From a virus (taxonomy: Duplodnaviria > Caudoviricetes), in IMG/VR virus record IMGVR_UViG_3300031452_000007, positions 1 to 58,067 of that record: 58,067 bases of DNA; one strand, 5' to 3'. Each line of letters starts with the position of its first letter. The stretch's first letter is position 1. Below the pieces are notes generated by a model. It saw nothing but the letters and a program-made list of their open reading frames with translations. It was not told the origin of the DNA and did no database searches. Position numbers and translations under genes: made by a program. This document shows positions 1-7,708 of the stretch, piece after piece.

Positions 1-5
1 GCAAC

Positions 6-857
6 GTGTGGGATGACCTTCCACCCATCCAATCCCAGGCGGCGGAGCGATTAGGGTACCCAACCCAGAAACCCCTCTCCCTGTTGGAACGCATCATCAA
101 CACGAGCACCAATCCCGGCGATGTCGTCCTCGATCCGTTCTGCGGTTGTGGCACAACCGTTGACGCCGCACAAGGAACGGGCAGGAGGTGGATTGGCATT
201 GACGTCACGCACCTGGCCATCAACCTCATCAAGAAACGACTACGCGACCGCTACCCGGATCTGCCCGTGCCACGCGTCGTGGGAGAGCCAACGACGGTCG
301 ACGGCGCGGCCGAGCTCGCCCGCACGGATCCACACGGCTTCCAGGACTGGATCTGCGCCCTGGCCGACGCCCAAAGCGTACGGCCTCTCAATGGACCCAC
401 GTTACGCCTGGCCCACAAGAAGGGCGCGGATCAGGGCATCGATGGCCGCCTGTACTTCCACGACGACCACACGAACGCGACGAAGCAGATCGTGCTCTCC
501 GTCAAATCGGGGCATCTGCAGCCGGCCTACGTGCGTGAACTGCGCGGCGTGATGGAGCGTGAGGGCGCGGAGATGGCGGCGCTCTTGACGCTCGACGAGC
601 CGACGGCGGCGATGCGCCGCGAGGCCCTTGCCGCCGGCGTCTACACGTCGCCGGGATGGAACAAAACGTATCAGCGTCTGCAAATCGTCACGGTCGCCGA
701 TCTGTTCGCGGGTCGCGGCCTTGCCTACCCGCCGGCGGCGCAAACGAACGTCACGCACAAGAAAGCCCTACCCGCGCGTACGGCCGGTGACCCCGTGCAG
801 CCGTCCTTCTTCGAGATGCCGCCGAAACCCGCCGACAAGCCGCGCCAACGCCGCTAG
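6..857 (+). CDS. C-terminal part of an N6/N4 DNA methyltransferase fused to an Mrr-like PD-(D/E)xK nuclease domain (5' truncated by window edge)
   Basis: YPTQKP and SAM-binding motif VLDPFCGCGTT, followed by a GIDG...IVLSVKSG nuclease-like motif. Confidence 0.85.
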   Translation: MWDDLPPIQSQAAERLGYPTQKPLSLLERIINTSTNPGDVVLDPFCGCGTTVDAAQGTGRRWIGIDVTHLAINLIKKRLRDRYPDLPVPRVVGEPTTVDGAAELARTDPHGFQDWICALADAQSVRPLNGPTLRLAHKKGADQGIDGRLYFHDDHTNATKQIVLSVKSGHLQPAYVRELRGVMEREGAEMAALLTLDEPTAAMRREALAAGVYTSPGWNKTYQRLQIVTVADLFAGRGLAYPPAAQTNVTHKKALPARTAGDPVQPSFFEMPPKPADKPRQRR

Positions 858-877
858 AGCGCGCTGTGCGACGGGCG

Positions 878-1144
878 CTACGTGCGCACGTTCGGGCACG
901 GGTAGTCGATCGCTAGACCATGCGGATCATCCATAATGTCGTCCAGTATCACGATCGTGATAGTCGCGGAACACGACGAACAGGTTGATACAAGCCGCGG
1001 GTAGGGCTCTCTACCCCCCGAGAGAGGGTTATCTACAAGCGCCTCGCCAAACTGCCACAGTCCCATTGCATGCTGATTAGCCCTGGCTTGCGCTATGGCC
1101 TCATCGAGTGCGGGTCTCACATCCTCTTGCGTCAGCATCGTCAT
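878..1144 (-). CDS. hypothetical protein with CxxC
   Basis: ATG at 1144 preceded by AGGAGG; contains CSSC; lower GC than flanks. Confidence 0.55.
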   Translation of the reverse strand: MTMLTQEDVRPALDEAIAQARANQHAMGLWQFGEALVDNPLSGGREPYPRLVSTCSSCSATITIVILDDIMDDPHGLAIDYPCPNVRT

Positions 1145-1188
1145 CTGCCTCCTGACATAAAATAAGGGGTCAGCCGCCTCAGCGGAAG

Positions 1189-1422
1189 TCACGACGCATC
1201 CTTCGGGACAGGCTGCATCGGCCAGCGTCCGTCCGCGAGCCACGCGCCGTCCAGGTAGACGGCGGTCATCTCCGTGCGCCAGTCCGACGCCGCGCACAGC
1301 CAGACGACGGGCGTGCCGATGGCGTCAACGCCGACCTTTGTGACCTCATAGGGCACCGATAGATCGCTGTCGCCCACCCATACCGTGTCGCCCACGGCCG
1401 GCGTCCAGTTAGGGACGCTCAT
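1189..1422 (-). CDS. hypothetical protein
   Basis: 77 aa ORF with ATGA overlap to the upstream SLOG gene. Confidence 0.55.
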   Translation of the reverse strand: MSVPNWTPAVGDTVWVGDSDLSVPYEVTKVGVDAIGTPVVWLCAASDWRTEMTAVYLDGAWLADGRWPMQPVPKDAS

Positions 1423-1943
1423 GATGGTTCCTCATCGCGCACCAGGCGCGGCCGGGCGAACGCCAGCGTGTGCGTGGTCGTCCCGTCGCCGTTGTCCCGC
1501 ACCGTGATGTCCAGCGGCCGGGCATAGCCAACCTTAACCTCCTGGCCGATGGTCGGTAGACGCGCTGTCTGTGGCAGGGACGTGGGCAGCCCGGCGGCGT
1601 CGTAGACGTAGACCGGCAGCCCCGCCGCACGGGCGATACGAATTGTGTATGCCGTCCCCCTGCTCTCATCATCGAACAAGGCGACGAGGGCCTGGCTCGT
1701 TTTGACCATCTCTTCGTTGCGGATCAGGCCGGCGCGCTTGCCCAGGCCCTTCCAGTCGGGCAGATGCAGGCGCACGGGGATACCGCGCTGACGCGCCCAC
1801 AGGACGCCCAGGCGATCAACCCCCAACGCCCCGCCACTCACGACCTCCGTGATGTGCAACCCCAGGCCCTCGGCATGCGCCAGGGCGCGATCCACGGCGG
1901 CGGCGCTACCGATGGAGCGGCTGCCGGCGATAAGCACTCTCAT
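1419..1943 (-). CDS. YspA/DUF2493-like SLOG family protein
   Basis: MRVLIAGSRS, VVSGGALGVD, GKRAGLIRNEEM and SRGT motifs typical of phage SLOG proteins. Confidence 0.85.
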   Translation of the reverse strand: MRVLIAGSRSIGSAAAVDRALAHAEGLGLHITEVVSGGALGVDRLGVLWARQRGIPVRLHLPDWKGLGKRAGLIRNEEMVKTSQALVALFDDESRGTAYTIRIARAAGLPVYVYDAAGLPTSLPQTARLPTIGQEVKVGYARPLDITVRDNGDGTTTHTLAFARPRLVRDEEPS

Positions 1944-2134
1944 GATGGCTCCTGCTGGTCGAGGCGGTCGAGACCCTCTTTGATGAGTTGGCGCGCAAAC
2001 GTTGAGGGCGGCAAGCCTCGCTGCCCCGCTCGCCGTTCGAGCTTTTCCATCATCTCAGCCTGCAACCTCACCATAACAGGCGTGCCGCGTTCACGAGCGG
2101 CACGGTTGGATGGACGCTGCGTATCATCAGTCAT
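1940..2134 (-). CDS. ribbon-helix-helix (CopG/Arc-like) DNA-binding protein
   Basis: PVMVRL beta strand followed by two helices; 64 aa. Confidence 0.7.
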   Translation of the reverse strand: MTDDTQRPSNRAARERGTPVMVRLQAEMMEKLERRAGQRGLPPSTFARQLIKEGLDRLDQQEPS

Positions 2135-2190
2135 AGTTACTCCTTCTAACCCAAACTATCTATAGCTTACCATGACTATCTTCCTATCAT

Positions 2191-2240
2191 TATACTTACT
2201 CTCGCTATTGCATACTTACTACGAGTAAGCTATACTTACA
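2191..2240 (+). promoter_or_regulatory. sigma70-type promoter TTGCAT-17-TATACT overlapped by three ATACTTAC direct repeats at 20 bp period
   Basis: TTGCAT 2208-2213, TATACT 2231-2236; ATACTTAC at 2192, 2212 and 2232 in an AT-rich divergent intergenic region. Confidence 0.75.
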
Positions 2241-2273
2241 ACAGATAGAAGAGAACAGACGGAGGACACGACG

Positions 2274-2543
2274 ATGGCGAGACAGACGAAGACAACGAAG
2301 GCGGCCTACCGGCCACGGATCACGATGAGCCCGGTCTACGGGATCTACTTTGTGGAATCGGAGAGCAGGCCGGGGACATGCTACCGCACGGACGCGATTT
2401 TAGGAACGTGCAACTGCCCGGCCCGCAAGCCATGCAAGCATTTATCCCTCGCGATCAAAACCTGGGAATGGCACTATCGCCTGCGCTCACTGGCGCGGCG
2501 ACGGACCGAGGAAGCGGCCGGGGCGTTCCCGGTCGCGGCATAA
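2274..2543 (+). CDS. SWIM zinc-finger protein
   Basis: YFVESES...CNCPARKPCKH; GGAGG RBS. Confidence 0.75.
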   Translation: MARQTKTTKAAYRPRITMSPVYGIYFVESESRPGTCYRTDAILGTCNCPARKPCKHLSLAIKTWEWHYRLRSLARRRTEEAAGAFPVAA

Positions 2544-2640
2544 ACGACATCGTACAACGCACACGCTACCAATAAAAGACCGGCGCGCCTCCCCTCGAAA
2601 AGCAGTCGCGCCGGCCACCACCCTTTAGGAGGCACTTCCA

Positions 2641-2757
2641 ATGATAACCCCTTTCACCCTGGCCCTGGCGTTCCTCATCATCGTCGTGATCGCCCTGCAC
2701 CTGCTGGCCGGTTCGTTCGTGATCGTCCTCCCCGCCCTACACGTTGGGGGGATGTAG
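2641..2757 (+). CDS. 38 aa hydrophobic peptide (not in ORF track)
   Basis: AGGAGG at 2627-2632, ATG 2641, MITPFTLALAFLIIVVIALHLLAGSFVIVLPALHVGGM, stop 2 nt before the next ATG. Confidence 0.55.
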   Translation: MITPFTLALAFLIIVVIALHLLAGSFVIVLPALHVGGM

Positions 2758-2759
2758 CC

Positions 2760-3143
2760 ATGACGACCACCACAGAGACACGAGAGGACACAGGCGCGGC
2801 GACACAGACCCCGGCGACATGGACCCCTGAGGAGATCGCGGCCCGCAAGGCCCTGTGGACGGCGACAGCAGCCCGACTGGCGACGACGCTGCCTTTGGAC
2901 ACCCCGGACGAGCGCACGGCCTACCTGGCGGCCGTGGAGACCGAGGTCGGCTGCACCTACGCGGAGCTGCAGCGGGCGATCTGCCGGGCGGCGGGACCAG
3001 CACCGCTGGCGGTCGTCGCTAACGAGCGGCGGCTGATGGCGCGCGGTGAGCCCGCACGGGGTTGCTACGATGGCCCTGGCGAGGATCGGGACCGGGGCCG
3101 CTTTAGTCGCGACATGGCGTGCACGCTGGGTCTGGTGGCGTAG
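2760..3143 (+). CDS. hypothetical protein
   Basis: 127 aa ORF within the + strand accessory operon. Confidence 0.6.
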   Translation: MTTTTETREDTGAATQTPATWTPEEIAARKALWTATAARLATTLPLDTPDERTAYLAAVETEVGCTYAELQRAICRAAGPAPLAVVANERRLMARGEPARGCYDGPGEDRDRGRFSRDMACTLGLVA

Positions 3144-3310
3144 CATGATGGCAGTAGAGGAGTGCGCAGGCTGTGGCGCGTTGGTCGAGATCCCGGTCGA
3201 GATGGCAACGGCAGCAGCATGGTGTCAAATCTGCGCTGAACAGGCGGCGCTGGATGATGGGGAGTAGCGCGCGATGATGCGGCGTCAACGCTCTTTCGTC
3301 GCATAAGGGC

Positions 3311-3339
3311 TTGACGCCGAACCCGATTCGTGGCACACT
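3311..3339 (+). promoter_or_regulatory. sigma70-type promoter for a moron gene
   Basis: TTGACG-17-CACACT with extended -10 TG. Confidence 0.55.
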
Positions 3340-3396
3340 CCCGGTAAGCCGTCGAAGCGACGGCGGGTCACACCAGGAGCGCGAAGGAGTCCGGCT

Positions 3397-3711
3397 ATGG
3401 ACAACATCGGCAAGGGAGACCAGATCAAAGCCGGCGCACAGGGCACACAGGGGGCCGGCATGACCACTAATACGATTCGGGAGCGCTCGCCCAACGTCCC
3501 GATCACCGGGCAGGACGCGTCATTCCAGCGGCCGGGCGGCCTCTCCGATGTGGAGTGGCAAGAGCAACAGGCCCTCGCGCGCCAGCCACAACAGACAGCG
3601 GTCCTGGACGGCCTTCATGAGGACGAGGACGACGGGACACCTGGCTTTAGCAAAGCCGGCGTGACGAAGGGCTACGACGTGGCAGGGTTGGGGAACTCCT
3701 CGCCCACGTAG
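3397..3711 (+). CDS. acidic, low-complexity hypothetical protein (moron)
   Basis: AAGGAG RBS, own promoter and terminator. Confidence 0.65.
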   Translation: MDNIGKGDQIKAGAQGTQGAGMTTNTIRERSPNVPITGQDASFQRPGGLSDVEWQEQQALARQPQQTAVLDGLHEDEDDGTPGFSKAGVTKGYDVAGLGNSSPT

Positions 3712-3735
3712 CGGCCCGCGATCAACCATCAGCCT

Positions 3736-3779
3736 GCACAAGCGCCCCTCACCGGATAAGTGGTGAGGGGCGCTTGTGC
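3736..3779. terminator. bidirectional terminator hairpin between convergent moron and endolysin
   Basis: Perfect 18 bp stem GCACAAGCGCCCCTCACC / GGTGAGGGGCGCTTGTGC. Confidence 0.8.
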
Positions 3780-3812
3780 GTGTGCGGGAACGGCCGTTAG
3801 GGGATGCGTCCC

Positions 3813-5105
3813 CTACCCGATCCGCTCCATGTTCGATCTTTTGTTCCATCCCCACCGACCATCGCGCGTCGTGACGCTGCACCAGGGCGCGGAGTCACCG
3901 GAGACCGCGATAAGTTCCCAACCGGCCGTGATGTGGCACGTTACCGGGCTCGTCTCGTCCGGCTGGGCATGCAGCGCGCCGTCGAAGCGCACCCGGAAAC
4001 GGAGCGGCCCCACAGGAGCGGGCGGCGCAACTGGTGCGGTCGGCGTCACCGCGCCCTTCGGGGCCGGCCCCTTGTAGACGACGACTTTCTGGATCGTCGT
4101 CGCGGGGTCGGGGCCGTAGTTCACGGTCATGTCGGCAATGATGCCGCCGTACCATGTATCCGCGAGTTGGACGTGGACTCCATCGCAGCCCGCGAGCGGC
4201 GAGAAATGGGTCTGCACCCCGTCGGCCGGGTTGTGGTCGAAGTCCAGGCCGATCACGGCCGTCAGGGATGGATCGGCGGCGATGGAGCGCAGCAGGCCCA
4301 GGTCCGCCGGCGCGTTAGCGTAATCGTGGACGGCGACAAGGGTGAGGTCGGGGTAGGCGCGGTGCAGCGCGTCGTCGGGCATCATGTCGCCGTCCACGTA
4401 GATGTGTTCGTTCGTGTACAGGTCGTCGAGCTGCGCCGGCGTGATCGGGTGGCCGTAGTAACACGCGAGCATGGCCATGCTGGTCACGTAGCAGCCGTAC
4501 TGGCCGAGCGTGATGCCGTTGGCCGTGCCGAGGCGCTGGCTCGCCCAGCGCGGGTCGCGCTGCGCGTAGAGAACGGGGAAGTGTTTCACGGGGTGTGTCT
4601 CCTTCGGGCTGCCAACGGCATCACGGAACACCTGAAGCGGGAAGCCGGGGCCGGGGCAGACGCGGCCCACGTCGATCTCGTCGTGCGCGATGATCTCCAG
4701 CGGGCCATGCCGGCGCACGATGGAACGCACCAGCGCCAGGCTCGCGGCGAGCTGGGCCGGCGTCACCGGGGAACTATTGGAGGCGTCGCGCTCATGTTCG
4801 ATGCCAATGGTTGTCCTATTAGGATTGACGCCACCGTAAAAACGCGACGATGGTGTGACCTCGCCGGCGTGCCAGGCGCTATCGGCCTCGCGGACGGTCT
4901 GGATCACAGAACCGTCCCTGTTGACGATATAATGAGCGCTCACCTGGCTCGCCGTGCTCTGGAACCACTCTACTGGCCCCGGTTCGTAACCGGCCGTCGC
5001 ATGCAGGACGATCCCCGTGATGCGATGGCCGTCCCTGCCCTGCCAATAGTTCGGGCTGGACCTCCAGGAGGCAGGCGCATAATCGGTCTGTGGCATCGTC
5101 GGCAC
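3813..5105 (-). CDS. endolysin: amidase_2 + C39-like cysteine peptidase + SH3-like domain
   Basis: IVLHAT, SAHY, AWHAG, IGIE and CPG amidase motifs; YAQRDPRW...GCYVTSMAM peptidase motif; C-terminal WCSV...RWGW. Confidence 0.9.
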   Translation of the reverse strand: MPTMPQTDYAPASWRSSPNYWQGRDGHRITGIVLHATAGYEPGPVEWFQSTASQVSAHYIVNRDGSVIQTVREADSAWHAGEVTPSSRFYGGVNPNRTTIGIEHERDASNSSPVTPAQLAASLALVRSIVRRHGPLEIIAHDEIDVGRVCPGPGFPLQVFRDAVGSPKETHPVKHFPVLYAQRDPRWASQRLGTANGITLGQYGCYVTSMAMLACYYGHPITPAQLDDLYTNEHIYVDGDMMPDDALHRAYPDLTLVAVHDYANAPADLGLLRSIAADPSLTAVIGLDFDHNPADGVQTHFSPLAGCDGVHVQLADTWYGGIIADMTVNYGPDPATTIQKVVVYKGPAPKGAVTPTAPVAPPAPVGPLRFRVRFDGALHAQPDETSPVTCHITAGWELIAVSGDSAPWCSVTTRDGRWGWNKRSNMERIG

Positions 5106-5108
5106 TCC

Positions 5109-5792
5109 TTAGGCGGTGGCCTGCGCCGGCGCCACGGCGGGCTGAGCGGGCGTGATCACGCCCTGCAAATGGACCGGGCCGTCCTCCGCCGTATGCAGCG
5201 TGCCACTCACCGACACGGCCGCCGTATCGCTCGTGGTCGCTCCGTCAGTCGGCGGCAATGGAGCCACGGGCGGCGCGGACGGCGCGGACGCCGCCTGGGC
5301 GCGCAGGGCGTCCAGGCTGGAGAGCACCGCCTGCTGACCGGCGGCGAAGGCGTCGCGTACCAGCGTCGTCACATCGTCGGGGCCGGCCGTCGTCGGGGTG
5401 GCCGGGGCGAGGCCGCGCCACGCCTCGGGGCCGTGTTGCAACTTGGCCGCCGCGATAGACGCGTCGATAAGGGTCCCAAGGTGCGCCTGGTCAACGCCGG
5501 GGAAGCGGCCAGCGATGTCTTGTATGACGGCATCGCGGCGGTCGGCGGGGAGGCTCACGCGCCCCTGCACGGCGTAGACGGCACGATCCACGGACGCGGC
5601 CAGGTCCGCCTCGCGCGCCGCCGAGAGGTGCAGCCCGAGCGTGCGATCGGTGAGCGCCACGAGCGCGGGGATGGCGCGGTGGAGCGCCGCGAGCGCGTAG
5701 GCCACGAGGCCGGCTAGCAGCAGCGGGCCGAGGTTGTTGAGCAGCGTGACGACGAGGACAGTGAGCAGGTGGACAAGGGTGGCCGTGGTCAT
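5109..5792 (-). CDS. putative holin
   Basis: N-terminal transmembrane helices; directly upstream of the endolysin. Confidence 0.55.
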   Translation of the reverse strand: MTTATLVHLLTVLVVTLLNNLGPLLLAGLVAYALAALHRAIPALVALTDRTLGLHLSAAREADLAASVDRAVYAVQGRVSLPADRRDAVIQDIAGRFPGVDQAHLGTLIDASIAAAKLQHGPEAWRGLAPATPTTAGPDDVTTLVRDAFAAGQQAVLSSLDALRAQAASAPSAPPVAPLPPTDGATTSDTAAVSVSGTLHTAEDGPVHLQGVITPAQPAVAPAQATA

Positions 5793-5806
5793 GGTCAGAG
5801 GTCTCC

Positions 5807-6226
5807 TCAGGCGGTCGGTGGGTGATCGGTTGACGGATTGGTTGACGTGTCGGGGGGTGCGACTTGCGCGAGGACGGCGCTGGTTGGCTGACGAGAGCGG
5901 CCACGGCTGGCCTCAACGGCATAACGGACTTTGAGTCCGCCGACACCGCAGAGGGACCAGAGGGCGAACAATCCAATAGTCACCAGTTGCTGGGTGTTGA
6001 CATCGGTGTGGTGCGACTGGACGGACGCGACAGAGGCGACGATCGCCTGGAAAAGCGAGAAGTTCGACAGGGCGAGGAGAAACAGGAAGAGCGGTCGTGA
6101 ACTGTCCAGCCCTTTGCTCGCGCAGGCGCCGATGGCGAAGCCGCCGACGGCGACCGCCACCAGGAGCGGGAGCCCTACCCCATGCGCCGCGCAGTAGGTG
6201 GTCAGCACGTGCAGATCGTCACTCAT
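5807..6226 (-). CDS. membrane protein (lysis cassette)
   Basis: Three hydrophobic segments. Confidence 0.6.
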   Translation of the reverse strand: MSDDLHVLTTYCAAHGVGLPLLVAVAVGGFAIGACASKGLDSSRPLFLFLLALSNFSLFQAIVASVASVQSHHTDVNTQQLVTIGLFALWSLCGVGGLKVRYAVEASRGRSRQPTSAVLAQVAPPDTSTNPSTDHPPTA

Positions 6227-6244
6227 GTCCGCCCTCCGTCCTCT

Positions 6245-6523
6245 CTAGCCCTTGTCTCGCTGCGCGACCGATTGCGCCGTGGTGACCTGTCTCATGAGCC
6301 AGGCGTTATCGGCGCGCAGTTGGTCGTTCTGTCCCTGCAGGCCGTCGCGCTCCTTCGTGGTCCGCGCCAGGTCGTCCTTGGTTTTGGAGAGATCCTCGGC
6401 GACCGCGCGGCTGCCGCGATTGATGAACGCGGCGTAGACCGTGGACAGGGCCATGATACAGGCCACCATGATCGTGGGCGCCGCCGCTGTCAATGATTGC
6501 ATGGGGCGCACTCCTGCCTCCAC
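6245..6523 (-). CDS. TM + coiled-coil protein (lysis cassette)
   Basis: N-terminal hydrophobic helix followed by heptad-rich tail. Confidence 0.6.
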   Translation of the reverse strand: MEAGVRPMQSLTAAAPTIMVACIMALSTVYAAFINRGSRAVAEDLSKTKDDLARTTKERDGLQGQNDQLRADNAWLMRQVTTAQSVAQRDKG

Positions 6524-6529
6524 ATCGTC

Positions 6530-6973
6530 TTACTCACCGCTCGGAACGCCCGTGGCGCGGCACGCCCTCTCCTCCGCCCTCTCCTCCGCCCGCACCCGCA
6601 CGTGCCAGCGGACGACCTGACCAACGAGCCAGACCACCGCCGCGACCACGAGCCACTGCACGAACAGCGTGAGGTGCTCGTATTCGTAGCGCGTGTCTCC
6701 GAACCGCCACGTTTTGATCGCTCCCTCGGAGAGGTCCTTGAGTCCCGCGAACAGCACGAGCCGCGCGGCGACCACGCGCAGGTCCGCCTGCGGCGTGATG
6801 CGGTGTGTGATGAGCGCCCCGAGGACGCCCATGAGGGCCATCGTCAGCAGCACCGCCGGGTCAAGATCGCGCGCGACCGCGATCTGAGGCGTCACGTAGA
6901 TGCCCGCCACGGCCGCGGCGTAGATCCACCAGAGGCGCAGGGCAAAAGACGGAAGTGTGTGCATGTGTTGCAT
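6530..6973 (-). CDS. multi-pass membrane protein
   Basis: About four hydrophobic segments; AAGGA RBS. Confidence 0.6.
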   Translation of the reverse strand: MQHMHTLPSFALRLWWIYAAAVAGIYVTPQIAVARDLDPAVLLTMALMGVLGALITHRITPQADLRVVAARLVLFAGLKDLSEGAIKTWRFGDTRYEYEHLTLFVQWLVVAAVVWLVGQVVRWHVRVRAEERAEERACRATGVPSGE

Positions 6974-7070
6974 GGGTCCTTAACGTGTGGAGAGTGATGG
7001 GAACAGAGGCGCGGGGCGCGCTCACGCCTGCCAGGGGACAGGGGCGTGAGGCGCGCCGATGACCAGGCCC

Positions 7071-7109
7071 ATCATCGGTCAGGACAGGGGGCGCGGGCAA
7101 GGGGCCGGG
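7071..7109 (-). promoter_or_regulatory. late-promoter-like motif, copy 1
   Basis: Minus strand CCCGGCCCC-TTGCCC-18-GATGAT. Confidence 0.6.
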
Positions 7110-7247
7110 GGGCGCCGTATCCGCGCTGACGCGGTTAGCCGTGTCCGAGATCAGCGGGCCTGACACCGCAGCGGCGGGCGTGGTGGTGTGGTCGGTCATC
7201 GCGGTGTGGGTCTCCGTGAATCCTCATCTCGTTTGTGGCGCACGGTC

Positions 7248-7285
7248 ATGATCAGCCAGCGAGGCTCGCTGGGCAAGGGGCCGGG
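7248..7285 (-). promoter_or_regulatory. late-promoter-like motif, copy 2
   Basis: Minus strand CCCGGCCCC-TTGCCC-17-GATCAT. Confidence 0.65.
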
Positions 7286-7325
7286 CGCTCTCGTCAGCAC
7301 TGTCCACTGATAGAGCGTCAGGCTG

Positions 7326-7363
7326 ACGGTCGGCCAGGCGGGCGGGTGGGGCAAGGGGTCAGG
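7326..7363 (-). promoter_or_regulatory. late-promoter-like motif, copy 3 (variant)
   Basis: Minus strand CCTGACCCC-TTGCCC-17-GACCGT. Confidence 0.55.
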
Positions 7364-7404
7364 CGTGACACAGGGAGCCTGACCCCAGGGGAGGGACGGC
7401 CGCG

Positions 7405-7685
7405 CTAGGCGTACGGCCCCGCAGCCACCACGGTCAGGCCCACCGAGGAGGCCGGCAGGTTGAGCCCGAGCTTGCCGGAATCGACCAGGCTTGCTTCCGC
7501 GCCGAGCCCGTCGCGGCAGAGATACTGGAGGTCATACGAGCCAGCGGCCGGATCGACCGTGAGTGGCGGCCAGGCCGGAGACCGCCGTGCTATAGGTCAG
7601 CGGTTCACCGCCGGTGTTGGTCAGGGTCAGGGTCAGCGTCGATGTGCCGGGTAGACGCGTGACGGGGAAGGCGAGCGACGCCGGG
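7405..7685 (-). pseudogene. fused relic of two tail genes (Ig-domain fragment plus alternative C-terminus of the 382 aa tail protein)
   Basis: 7565-7685 matches 11781-11901 at about 85% nt (18 mismatches in 121 by hand); 7405-7564 encodes RDGLGAEASLVDSG...GLTVVAAGPYA*, paralogous to the end of 7709..8857. Confidence 0.85.
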
Positions 7686-7708
7686 CCCCCTGTGCGATGG
7701 CCGGGGCG

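Noticed and set aside
1-900. Left att site of the prophage
   Set aside because: No copy of the tRNA-Thr 3' end was seen; the boundary probably lies left of the window, so whether the methyltransferase belongs to phage or host is unresolved.
3340-3396. c-di-GMP or other riboswitch in the moron leader
   Set aside because: Only one short hairpin is present and no conserved riboswitch motifs were recognised.
3804-5717. 637 aa plus-strand ORF and similar long antisense ORFs (e.g. 22424..23740, 50845..52014)
   Set aside because: They are shadow frames of well-supported minus-strand genes in high-GC DNA and have no recognisable motifs.
6861-7199. 112 aa ORF upstream of the lysis genes
   Set aside because: It is Pro-rich and low-complexity, contains a promoter motif and overlaps the next gene; coding status is unsupported.
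7071-7363. CRISPR mini-array from the three GGGCAAGGGG repeats
   Set aside because: Repeats are only about 15 bp, spacing is irregular (176 and 78 bp) and there are no cas genes; a promoter explanation fits better.
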